64,000 nt of DNA from a bacterium (GTDB lineage: Bacteria; UBP15; UBA6099; JAJRTR01), in the NCBI GenBank assembly GCA_024278215.1, contig JAJRTR010000135.1, positions 11,651-75,650 of the forward strand, in the 5' to 3' direction. Shown piece by piece: positions 55,684 through 64,000 of the stretch. The number at the start of each line of letters is the position of its first letter. Position 1 is the first letter of the stretch. Both the position numbers and the translations under genes were made by a program. The notes under the pieces were generated by a model, which had not been told where the DNA came from, did not search any database, and saw only the letters and a program-made list of their open reading frames with translations.

Positions 55684-56163
55684 TCACATCTTCTTGTCGC
55701 ATTTCACAGTGACCGGCGGCTCGGCCTCACCGGTACGCTCTTTATATCTTTCCAGCATCTTCGTTTCCGAAAGGTCGTTCAGCGAATATTCCGCCAGTAC
55801 ATCCGTTATCTGCGCCTTGATCAGCCCCCACATCTTTCGCGACGTGCATACATCCTCGAACTTGCAGTTCCCCTCGTAAGTTACACAGTCGAGCAGGTCG
55901 ATGCCGCCCATGCTCGCGTCGATCACATCCAGCGCTTTTATCCGGTCGCCGGGTTTCGCCAGCGTGTAGCCTCCCAGCTTTCCCTGCACACTCCTGATGA
56001 GGCCCTGGTTTTTCAGCGCCATCACGAGCTGTTCGAGATACTTAAAAGGGAGCCCCTGTTCTTTAGCGATTTCCTTGAGTTTGATAGGTTCGCCACGATC
56101 ATAATTATCGGAGAGATAGACCATCAATCTAAGTGAATATATAGCGCGAGTAGATAATCTCAT
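55684..56163 (-). CDS. Rrf2-family transcriptional regulator with three Cys
   Basis: MRLST...Y.LR, YLEQL...LK..GLI.S..G..GGY.LA; C-x6-C-x5-C. Confidence 0.92.
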   Translation of the reverse strand: MRLSTRAIYSLRLMVYLSDNYDRGEPIKLKEIAKEQGLPFKYLEQLVMALKNQGLIRSVQGKLGGYTLAKPGDRIKALDVIDASMGGIDLLDCVTYEGNCKFEDVCTSRKMWGLIKAQITDVLAEYSLNDLSETKMLERYKERTGEAEPPVTVKCDKKM

Positions 56164-56200
56164 AATAAAACCGCCCAAAAAGCCGACTTACGCCCTACTT

Positions 56201-56221
56201 ATCCTGTCGAACTGGTAGGGT
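56201..56221. promoter_or_regulatory. Putative Rrf2 operator 1
   Basis: ATCCTGT-N7-GTAGGGT imperfect palindrome upstream of rrf2. Confidence 0.5.
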
Positions 56222-56305
56222 TACGCGGCGAAAAAATATATTGCTCCTGAAACATGAGCAATATCCCCTTCCGCAACAACCTTTTTTCGGGTTTACCCTC
56301 CGTTT

Positions 56306-56352
56306 ATCCTATTAGTCAGATATGATTATAACGGTTACCGCAGAAAATGCAA
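56306..56352 (-). promoter_or_regulatory. Putative sigma70 promoter with overlapping Rrf2 operator 2
   Basis: Minus strand TTGCAT-N16-TATAAT (56352-56325); ATCCTAT-N7-ATATGAT at 56306-56326. Confidence 0.5.
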
Positions 56353-56524
56353 TACCCTTATAGATTTTTTTTCAGGTGACCTGCTAACCTGCGCTGTTTT
56401 TTACTCTTATTTGCTAAATTCGTGTGCTCTTTCGATATTATGTGAGAGTTCCGGGCACATGGCTGTCCCGCTCCCGGGGTAGCCTCTGGGAACAATGAAA
56501 TACCTGTATGGGGGTGAGCATTTT

Positions 56525-57586
56525 TTATCTGTTATATTTATAGAGGTCTTCCTGGGTCATGTCGGGGGGAAGGTTCTTTATTCCCCAGTCTCTGCCGTCG
56601 TCGAAGTTCTCGATCACTCTTTTCCAGTTGGATTTTCCGTGACTGTCAAGCGTCATCTTATATCTGCGGCTCTTCATCGTCGAGTTCACCAGCTTATAGA
56701 ATGCCATATCTTCCATGGAAATATCGTTTGCACTTAGTGAACTCGACTTCTTCATCCACTTTTTGAGAGCGTTGTACTCTTCTTCGGTGCAACCGTAGAG
56801 ACAGTCCTTTTTGTCCATCGCACTCGCTATTTCAGGGTTTGCTTTCTTCCATCTCGTCATCTTTGTTTCCATCGCCACCGCATCCGTCACCTTCAACTCT
56901 GTGAGGATATCGATCCCCTTGTATCTGACCTCGATTTTCCTGACCAGCACAGGTGACAACTGCACCATTTTATATAGAGCGTCCTCGAGGAACCTGTTGA
57001 ACTGGTCCTGGTAGTCGGACATGAAGATCGGGATGGGCACCGGCATTACGCCGATGTAGAACCTGTCGAGATAGAGGTATGGTCTTTGTTCTTTGTCGAT
57101 CCAGTAGGCGTTGAGGACAAAGGTGAAAGAAACGGTTCCCGCGTCTTTGTCGGCGGGTGTGAGCCGGTCGATATTTTCTTTCAGTTCGTAGCCCGCGAAT
57201 TTGTTGCTGATCATCTTCAGGGCCGTTGCAAAAGGCACGTCCACGCGAAAAACAAGATTCCCCTTGTTGACGAAAAGATACGGATATTTGAAGAGAGGCG
57301 CGCCCCCTACCGTCAGGTTGTCTACCAGCAACTTGTTTATCCAGGCGTTGATCTCGATTTCACTTATGCTGAATATGCCGACATTCACTGTTTTTCGCGT
57401 GTCTTCGACGAAACGGTTGAACTTCTCTTTCAGGTGCTCGCGGGCGACGGGGTATACTTCTTCCCTTATCTCGGCTCTCACGATGTACGGCGGCGGCATT
57501 GTGCTCATGGCGATATATATGCCCGCGAATCCGAAGAATAAGAGTACGGACAGGCAGCCGAACATTTTGAAGCTGAGTTTGATCAT
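56525..57586 (-). CDS. Membrane-anchored hypothetical protein
   Basis: 353-aa ORF with N-terminal TM; ISE.EINAW...; RBS GGAG; follows pmbA. Confidence 0.7.
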   Translation of the reverse strand: MIKLSFKMFGCLSVLLFFGFAGIYIAMSTMPPPYIVRAEIREEVYPVAREHLKEKFNRFVEDTRKTVNVGIFSISEIEINAWINKLLVDNLTVGGAPLFKYPYLFVNKGNLVFRVDVPFATALKMISNKFAGYELKENIDRLTPADKDAGTVSFTFVLNAYWIDKEQRPYLYLDRFYIGVMPVPIPIFMSDYQDQFNRFLEDALYKMVQLSPVLVRKIEVRYKGIDILTELKVTDAVAMETKMTRWKKANPEIASAMDKKDCLYGCTEEEYNALKKWMKKSSSLSANDISMEDMAFYKLVNSTMKSRRYKMTLDSHGKSNWKRVIENFDDGRDWGIKNLPPDMTQEDLYKYNR

Positions 57587-57601
57587 AACCTGACTCCGCT
57601 A

Positions 57602-58957
57602 TCAGTCTCCGCTCGCCACATTCATTCCCCCGAGCAGTATCGAAGGCATGATATTGCCTGCTTCCTCGCGGTAGTCGGAGGAGACGGCCTCGATGCTTTT
57701 CAGTGTATCGAAGACTTCGCCGCCGACCATCACGTTCTCGACGGGATACGCAAGTTCGCCGCCGATGATCCTGAAACCGTAATCGACAGTGCCGGAAACC
57801 TGGCCTGTGATGCTGTGCGGCGTGATCGAGCCCATGAAAACATAGAGCCCGTCGTCGATTCTGCCAATAATATCTTTTTCCGTTTCTGCGCCCGGCCTGA
57901 TGACGAGATTTGAGATGCCGATGCCGACACTCGAACTGTAGCTGCCGCGCGAGGCGTGGCCGTTGTTCTTTTCACCGGCCTTGTTTGCCGTGTAAGAATT
58001 GTGCAAATAGTTGCTGAGCACACCGTTTTCAATAATACTGAACTGTGATTTCGGGAATCCCTCGCCGTCCGCATTCGTCGAGCGCAGACCGGCCGCCACG
58101 AGCGGGTCTTCCCTGATATCGATGAGTTCCGACGCGATTTTTTCGCCCCTTTTGCCCGCGAGATACGATCTGCCGCGCTGTATTTCTTCCGCGCTTGCCG
58201 CACCTGCTACACTGCGCAGGAAACCTGTTGCGGCCAGCGGGCCGAGCACTATGGGGAATTTCCCGGAATCCATCCTTCTGCTGTCGACGAAAGATACCGC
58301 TTTTTCAGTGGCGATCCGGGCGATTTCTTCGGGCGATTTCAGGTCCGCTATACGCCTCGCATGTGAATACTCGTAATACGAACCGACTTTCCCATTCCTG
58401 CTGACGACGGAAAATACATACATAGAAATCGATGATTTACTACAACAGAGGGAAATGCCGTTGGAGTTGACGAGTGCGCTTGCTACGGCCCCCGCGCCTA
58501 CTCCGCCTTTTACGATTACGTCCGGCTCGATATCCCTTGCGACCTCGATGAATGTGTTGCCCCATTCGATAGCTTTCGAAGGCGTGAAATCGCTTATCGC
58601 CAGGTCGAAAAGCGCGTCGACTTCGGGGTATTCGCCCGGTTCGGGCAGCGCGTCGAAATCCGGGTCCGGTTCGCTTTCCTTCGCCAGTTCCGCGCCTGTC
58701 CGGCCGGCGCTTTTCGCGTCCTCGATTGCGAATCCGCGACCGCGGCTGTAGCCCGAGCCACCTTCATAAAACGCCCTGGCACAGTATCCGGCATCGTATT
58801 CGACATCTGAAGTACGCACGCTGTTTTTCTCTATTTCGAGGCCGACGCTGCGACCGTCCTGCACAATAACATCCACATGCTGCGCCCCGCTCTTAACCGC
58901 CGCTTCGCACGCGACTTTTCCGAATTCAACAATTCTGTAATCTTCCATATTCTGCAT
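57602..58957 (-). CDS. pmbA: PmbA/TldE-family protein
   Basis: DGEG.P....IIENGVL..YLH, NGHASR, TG..SG, I..GE...PV; no HExxxH. Confidence 0.85.
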   Translation of the reverse strand: MQNMEDYRIVEFGKVACEAAVKSGAQHVDVIVQDGRSVGLEIEKNSVRTSDVEYDAGYCARAFYEGGSGYSRGRGFAIEDAKSAGRTGAELAKESEPDPDFDALPEPGEYPEVDALFDLAISDFTPSKAIEWGNTFIEVARDIEPDVIVKGGVGAGAVASALVNSNGISLCCSKSSISMYVFSVVSRNGKVGSYYEYSHARRIADLKSPEEIARIATEKAVSFVDSRRMDSGKFPIVLGPLAATGFLRSVAGAASAEEIQRGRSYLAGKRGEKIASELIDIREDPLVAAGLRSTNADGEGFPKSQFSIIENGVLSNYLHNSYTANKAGEKNNGHASRGSYSSSVGIGISNLVIRPGAETEKDIIGRIDDGLYVFMGSITPHSITGQVSGTVDYGFRIIGGELAYPVENVMVGGEVFDTLKSIEAVSSDYREEAGNIMPSILLGGMNVASGD

Positions 58958-59175
58958 ATTCCCATCTGTGGTCTGTTTTACACAGCTATCGTTATTATTA
59001 TAGTATAGTATACTCCAGTAGTGTCCAAAATATTACCTGATTACCCCTGAAACTCAGGTAGTGGTGATTTTAAAAAACAACCATCCGGTTTTGTGTAGTG
59101 CGGGGTCACCGCCCTTGTCTACATCTTCCACCGAATTTATTGCGTATGCGTCCCTCTTCTCGCTTTTGAACCAAA

Positions 59176-59216
59176 TGCAGCCGGACGCAGCCGGATCAGA
59201 ATATTGCAATCGGCTC
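59176..59216 (+). repeat. MITE family A right-end remnant
   Basis: TGCAGCCGGACGCAGCCGGATCAGAATATTGCAATCGGCTC matches 1261-1301. Confidence 0.7.
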
Positions 59217-59220
59217 TTAC

Positions 59221-59411
59221 CCCGCATATTTCACCAATGCGGGCCGAAAATCGGGAGAATGCCTGTAATACAAGGCGCGGCAAGTGAGTGGTGAGGGAGC
59301 AGCCGGCCTCTTGCGCAAAATGCTGGTATGTGACCGATCCCGAATCGCCGCCGCAACGCAGTAGAACAGGCGTTATAGCGATTTTCCGGATTTCTTTGTG
59401 AGAAATCCGGG
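59221..59411 (+). mobile_element. MITE family B (ERIC-like core), full copy 3 with an apical-loop insertion
   Basis: Same ends; 4-bp direct repeat TTAC on both sides. Confidence 0.88.
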
Positions 59412-59433
59412 TTACATCTTTTCATCGTTGACA

Positions 59434-60030
59434 CTACACGGGAAGCACCGGCATCATGAGCCGCGTTACGACAATGCCTGCCGCGATGCCGATGAGGATA
59501 CCGGCGGCGACATCGGTAGGGAAGTGGACACCGTTGTAGATGCGCGAATAAGAGCCAAGCAGTCCGACAGCTATAAGATATGGGGAGAGCGCGGGATAAT
59601 AGATGGAAAGAGATAGCGCCATCGCCATGAAACCTGCGGAATGGCCCGATGGAAACGACGCCCGGCCGGACAATCTTTCCGCATTGACTATTGCAGCGAC
59701 ATCATCGAAAACCATAAACGGCCGCCGGCGTTTCCACACTTTTTTAACGGTGAATTCCGCGATAACACCTGCTGACGCCGACGCTGCCAGCATGCAGTAT
59801 GCCGCATTCCTTAATTTCGCTATATCGTATCTGAAACCCACTATGATCATTGCGGTTCCGAGCACAATCTGGAGAATGCCCCTGTTCGCTACTATCGAAA
59901 GAAACGGCATCAGCACGTCGAATACCGGATTGCGGAGCCGCCCGTAGAGGAAATGAAACACACTGTGGTCGAGCCTTTCGATCCGGCCCAGCATGTTGTC
60001 GCCGTATGTCGATTCGTTATCTTTGTTCAT
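59434..60030 (-). CDS. PAP2-family phosphatase (undecaprenyl-PP phosphatase-like)
   Basis: K-x6-RP, SFPSGH, SRIYNGVHFPTDV; start uncertain. Confidence 0.92.
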   Translation of the reverse strand: MNKDNESTYGDNMLGRIERLDHSVFHFLYGRLRNPVFDVLMPFLSIVANRGILQIVLGTAMIIVGFRYDIAKLRNAAYCMLAASASAGVIAEFTVKKVWKRRRPFMVFDDVAAIVNAERLSGRASFPSGHSAGFMAMALSLSIYYPALSPYLIAVGLLGSYSRIYNGVHFPTDVAAGILIGIAAGIVVTRLMMPVLPV

Positions 60031-60155
60031 AGCATACTGTATATTATCCTCTTTAATGTCGCTTAATTGTGTTGAAAGCAGCATGATTTTTCAACCATGT
60101 TGGACGCATACCGCGCAGATGATAGAATTATGAAGTGAATGGAGAATAGCAACCG

Positions 60156-60887
60156 ATGATCAGCACAGACGTTCTGGCGATATATCTCGCGGGCTCGATA
60201 TTCTTCTGCTGGGCGGCGGTGTCTCTGGCGATGCCGGGCCGTACCGCTGAAGCGCCGGAAGTTGTCGCTCCGTCCGCGCAGGCAAACACTGCGCTTGGCG
60301 TCTTCGCAGTATTTCTTCTCCTGTCGGTCGCCGTCAGGATGCTCGCGCCGTCTTTGCCTGCAATCGCCCCCGGCAGACTCGACACAGCTTTCTCGGCAAT
60401 CATCATATTCGCGGTATTCGCCGTGTCGTCGTGGTATGGCGACTCACCCGCGCAAACGGGCCTTTCACTCCGGAACATAAGCACAGTTGTGTTCTTCCTT
60501 GTGCCTCCCGTCGGCATAGTGCTGTTGCCTGGCGGAAGGGTGAATATGGCCCTCCTGCTCGGCGGCATCGTGCCTTCGATAGCCATCGCCGGAGCCGCGG
60601 AGGAGATTCTTTTCAAGGGCTATATGCAGACACGGCTTCAGGCGGCGTGGGGTTCGACAGCCGGGTTGCTTGCCGCGGCGCTGGCCGCGTCGGTTTTCAG
60701 GATACCGATGTTCATACAGTCGGGAAGCGCGGTGATCGTAGCGACGCAATTAGTGTTTCATTTCTTATTATGGGGCTGCGTCGGCGGCCTGATTTTCAAC
60801 AGGACGCGAAATGTCTACGGACTCATATTGCTCAGAGTTTTTCTCGACACCGCGCCGCTCGTTTTTGCGGGTATCGTCGTCAATTAG
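60156..60887 (+). CDS. CPBP (CAAX/Abi) family intramembrane protease-like protein, degenerate
   Basis: EEILFKGY.Q.RL motif; the expected His of FxxxH and HxxxN appear replaced by Arg (SVFRIP, LLRVFLD). Confidence 0.75.
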   Translation: MISTDVLAIYLAGSIFFCWAAVSLAMPGRTAEAPEVVAPSAQANTALGVFAVFLLLSVAVRMLAPSLPAIAPGRLDTAFSAIIIFAVFAVSSWYGDSPAQTGLSLRNISTVVFFLVPPVGIVLLPGGRVNMALLLGGIVPSIAIAGAAEEILFKGYMQTRLQAAWGSTAGLLAAALAASVFRIPMFIQSGSAVIVATQLVFHFLLWGCVGGLIFNRTRNVYGLILLRVFLDTAPLVFAGIVVN

Positions 60888-61103
60888 CGGCTGAACGAAA
60901 ACCTGCTCCTACCGGAATGTGCACAAAGTGCCCGCTATCTTCGTTATCCTCAGTCAACAATGCGCTGCATTGCTTCTTTCGTCCGCTACGTATATATATT
61001 GCCAACCCTGCACTATAAATATTTATAGTATGGCAATTATTTTTTCTTTCGTCCGGGTATATTAGGACAATAATCAGTATCTGAAAGAAGGTGCGGCGGC
61101 GCG

Positions 61104-61826
61104 TTACAGAAGATAGCGGATGATGAAGAATATGCCGGTGCCGAGGGCGTTGCCGGCAACGGCGATTTTGAGGGAGTTCCTGCTGCGCGCCATGGAATTG
61201 AAAAGCATAACAGAAAAGAACTGGAAGGCGCAGAATGTGATGAGGTCGTCGGCGAAGATCGTAAGCAGTGTCAGCGAGAAAGCGGCGGCGGCGGCGCATA
61301 TCAGGAGGAAGAGGCCGGGCATGAATTCGATGGCGCGAATGAGCCAGAAGACGAGTACCGAGCCGATGATGACGGCGAGGGCGGTGAGTTCGCGCTGGTG
61401 GTTTACGAGCCATTCGACGCGGAAGGCGTTCGCGAAGAAAGGCGGGATCAGCAGGTAGCCGGCGGCCATGACCGAGCCGATGGAGGCGGAAAGCACGGCG
61501 GCGGCGGCGGTGTCTTTCGCTATTTTCGCGAATTTATTATATTCCGGGCTGAGCAGGTCCACCAGCGCTTCTATGCAGGTGTTGAGCACTTCGAGCGAGA
61601 TGATTACAGTGATGATGAAAAAGAAGAAAGCCTTCTGGAGGACCGACACGTCGAAGATTATGGCGAACGACATTACCCAGAGCGCGATGCTGAAGTGGAA
61701 ACGCATGTTGCGCTGTGTGAGAAGCACGTGAAAGAGGCCTTCGAACGCGGCCTTGAAGCTGTAAACCACCTGCAGGACAACGCCTGAGGGCTTGCTGTTA
61801 TATATCGGTTTATTGTCTTGAGACAT
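61104..61826 (-). CDS. dgkA: DgkA-family diacylglycerol/undecaprenol kinase with C-terminal TM extension
   Basis: SF..A..G......QRNMRFH, E.LNT.IE..VDL, AKIAKD.AAAAVL. Confidence 0.85.
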   Translation of the reverse strand: MSQDNKPIYNSKPSGVVLQVVYSFKAAFEGLFHVLLTQRNMRFHFSIALWVMSFAIIFDVSVLQKAFFFFIITVIISLEVLNTCIEALVDLLSPEYNKFAKIAKDTAAAAVLSASIGSVMAAGYLLIPPFFANAFRVEWLVNHQRELTALAVIIGSVLVFWLIRAIEFMPGLFLLICAAAAAFSLTLLTIFADDLITFCAFQFFSVMLFNSMARSRNSLKIAVAGNALGTGIFFIIRYLL

Positions 61827-62293
61827 TACGTTTCACTTTCGGATCGCGTTACAGTGTGTTCACAGCGCAATTTTTTCAGAATCCGTTTGCGGCGATTTTC
61901 CATGCGCCGGGCATCTTCGGGGCCTGTTTCGTGGTCGAAGCCCATGAGATGGAGAAGGCTGTGCAGGATGAGTTCGCGCAGTTTATCGTCGAGCGGCACG
62001 CCCTCTTCGCGCGCGTCGGAGAGCGCCTGGCGCGCACCGACGACGATGTCGCCCAGCAGGAAAGGACCGGGGTCGCCGGGGCTGTCGATGGGAAAACTCA
62101 GAACATCCGTGGGTGTACGTTTTCCGCGCCATTTCTCATTAAGCGACTGTATCTTTTTGTCCCCCACAAGTGAGATGGAGACCTCGGAGTCTTTGTAGTC
62201 GCGGGTGGACTCGAGCACGCGGCGCGCGAAGTTTCCGACTGCCTCGAGGTCGATCCCGACTTTCGTTGTGTTGTATATTTCAACGCTTGCCAT
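61826..62293 (-). CDS. ybeY: rRNA maturation endoribonuclease YbeY
   Basis: LN..WR.K..PTDVLSFP, LGDIV, HSLLHLMGFDH; start at ATG 62293. Confidence 0.95.
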   Translation of the reverse strand: MASVEIYNTTKVGIDLEAVGNFARRVLESTRDYKDSEVSISLVGDKKIQSLNEKWRGKRTPTDVLSFPIDSPGDPGPFLLGDIVVGARQALSDAREEGVPLDDKLRELILHSLLHLMGFDHETGPEDARRMENRRKRILKKLRCEHTVTRSESET

Positions 62294-64000
62294 TGGCAGC
62301 CTGCACCTTCGCTGTCGTTTTTGCCTGTTCCTTTTTTCTCTGGTCTTTGAAGTCTTCGAGATCGGGATATTCCATCCTGGAGTGATAGACATTCGCGAGC
62401 GTTTTCGTGAGCGTGAGCCGCAGAGTGTCGATCTGCTTGAGCGTGATATTGCATTCGTCGAACTGTCTGTCGAAGAGCCTGTCCTCGACGATGGAATTGA
62501 CAGTGGTTTCGATAAGTTTTGGTGTCGGCTTATTGATGGAGCGTATGGCGGCCTCGCAGGAGTCGGCGAGCATGACGATGGCGGCCTCGACGGTCTGCGG
62601 TTTCGGGCCGGGATAGCGGAAGCTTTCCTCGGGGACGTCGCCACCGTCGGCGGCCGCGACGGCTTTATTGTGGAAATAAGAGATTTTCGTCGTGCCGTGG
62701 TGTTGCTGAATGATGTCACGTATCTCGTCGGGCAGATTATAATCAAGGGCCATTTCGACGCCGTCCTTAACATGCGAACTTATCACGAGCGCGCTGAGAG
62801 TGGGCGAGATTTCATCGAGCTGGCTGTGTCCTTCCATGCGGTTCTCGGCAAAGAAATATGGACGTTTGATCTTACCTATATCGTGGTAGTAGCAGGCTAT
62901 GCGCACGAGCAGGGCGTTTACGCCCAGGGTTTCGGCGACATTCTCCGCCAGGTTGCCCACGAAGAAAGAGTGATAATATGTGCCGGGCGCGTTTATCAGC
63001 ATTTGTTTCAGGAAAGGCTCTTCGGGGTTCGACAATTCCAGAAGGCGGTGCGAAGTCGTAATGTTGAACAGCCGCTCGAACGCGGGCAGCGAGCCTGTGG
63101 AAACGACGAAAGCCACGATGCCGTTGAGTGCGCCGAAAACAAAAATGTCGAGAACGGCCTGTTGCCAGGTAGTGAATTTTATCAGAGTCAGGATAAAGAT
63201 TGCGGCCATATTCGAGAGCGAAACGGCCGCGCCGGCCTTGAGCATACTGTCCTTGTCCTGCGGTTTGATGGAATAGAAATGCGCGGCCAGGCCGGCGATG
63301 AGCGCCACGAGGAAATGCTCGAGTTGCAGGTTCAGCGTCAATGTGATGACAAGCGCGAGCACCGGCACTGCGACAAGGGACAGCACGGGCCTCAGCAGCA
63401 CGCAAACAAGGATTGTGAATATTGCGATGGGAGCGCCCTGGAGATATCCCGCACCCTGAAAAGTCGCGAACGAGCAGATTACAACGGATGTCGCCGCGGT
63501 AAAGAACATCAGTATACAGAAAATAATGAATCTCTTTTCGTCGCCGTAAATATCGGGCGTTATGGTCCTCATGCACAGGCCGATGACGAGGAATCCGAAC
63601 CCGATGAGGAAAGCGAAACCGACGATTTTCATCCAGGAAGTGCTTCTCGACAACATACCGAGCGTCTTGAGCGCTTTTATGTGGTGCGGAAGTATCCTGT
63701 CGCCTTTGCGCACGATGATCTCGCCTTTGCGCAGGGTTTTCATGACCGGCATGACATCTTCGAGCGCTTTACTTTTTCTCGCGAGGGTAGCTTCCGGGTC
63801 CTCGACGAGGTTTTTCTTTATCGCCGAAAGGATTATCTCGCGAATCGCCGGAACGAGGCCGGTGGATACGCCTTCCTCCCTGGCGAGTTCTTCGATCTTC
63901 GTGCCGATATTCTCCAGTTCATTATCATCAATGACAACATTCGTATCGAGCCTCTTGAGAATTGTGTATGTCTGCAATCTGAGCTGAACCGGCTGGTCTT
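62280..64000 (-). CDS. pgpH: 7TM-HD phosphohydrolase (PgpH-like c-di-AMP phosphodiesterase), 5' end outside the window
   Basis: KGEIIVRKG, seven TM segments, APGTYYHS, YYHDIGK..RP.FF.EN, QHHGT, FRYPGPKP, MLADS.EAA. Confidence 0.88.
   Translation of the reverse strand, partial: DQPVQLRLQTYTILKRLDTNVVIDDNELENIGTKIEELAREEGVSTGLVPAIREIILSAIKKNLVEDPEATLARKSKALEDVMPVMKTLRKGEIIVRKGDRILPHHIKALKTLGMLSRSTSWMKIVGFAFLIGFGFLVIGLCMRTITPDIYGDEKRFIIFCILMFFTAATSVVICSFATFQGAGYLQGAPIAIFTILVCVLLRPVLSLVAVPVLALVITLTLNLQLEHFLVALIAGLAAHFYSIKPQDKDSMLKAGAAVSLSNMAAIFILTLIKFTTWQQAVLDIFVFGALNGIVAFVVSTGSLPAFERLFNITTSHRLLELSNPEEPFLKQMLINAPGTYYHSFFVGNLAENVAETLGVNALLVRIACYYHDIGKIKRPYFFAENRMEGHSQLDEISPTLSALVISSHVKDGVEMALDYNLPDEIRDIIQQHHGTTKISYFHNKAVAAADGGDVPEESFRYPGPKPQTVEAAIVMLADSCEAAIRSINKPTPKLIETTVNSIVEDRLFDRQFDECNITLKQIDTLRLTLTKTLANVYHSRMEYPDLEDFKDQRKKEQAKTTAKVQAANGKR

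Noticed and set aside
62294..62773. N-terminal extension of YbeY (315-aa ORF)
   Set aside because: It is an alternative frame inside the HD-domain gene; YbeY similarity begins at ATG 62293.

Overview
A 64 kb chromosomal segment from what is probably an anaerobic diderm bacterium, inferred from the secretin, Lnt, a large predicted outer-membrane beta-barrel and a multiheme cytochrome cluster. It is mostly housekeeping and envelope genes: the mdh 3' end, a CgeB-type glycosyltransferase, two D-aminoacylase-family amidohydrolases, a pseudo-receiver/PilZ protein, a GldA/GldF/double-GldG/DUF4340 ABC operon, a K+ channel with a stand-alone cNMP-binding protein, an ADP-forming acyl-CoA synthetase, wecC, pilMNOPQ, tRNA-Met, a MacB/LolD-type ABC pair, an SDR plus two acyltransferases interrupted by hicBA, a 1660-aa cohesin-like/SprA-like protein, rsmI, an AarF/UbiB kinase, two STAS proteins, lnt, a FlhB-C/FliK-like pair, a hybrid rrf2-tmcD-hmcEFABC-response regulator cluster, pmbA, PAP2, a CPBP protease, and dgkA-ybeY-pgpH. 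No transposase, integrase, Cas gene or prophage was seen. The intergenic DNA is nevertheless rich in non-autonomous elements. Two ~175-190 bp MITE families have different termini and their own target-site duplications, yet share an ERIC-like structured core with a compensatory base-pair change. There is also a 91-bp IS4-like MITE with a perfect 10-bp duplication, REP-like hairpins and many solo element ends. All calls come from reading motifs by eye; no database search or folding program was run.
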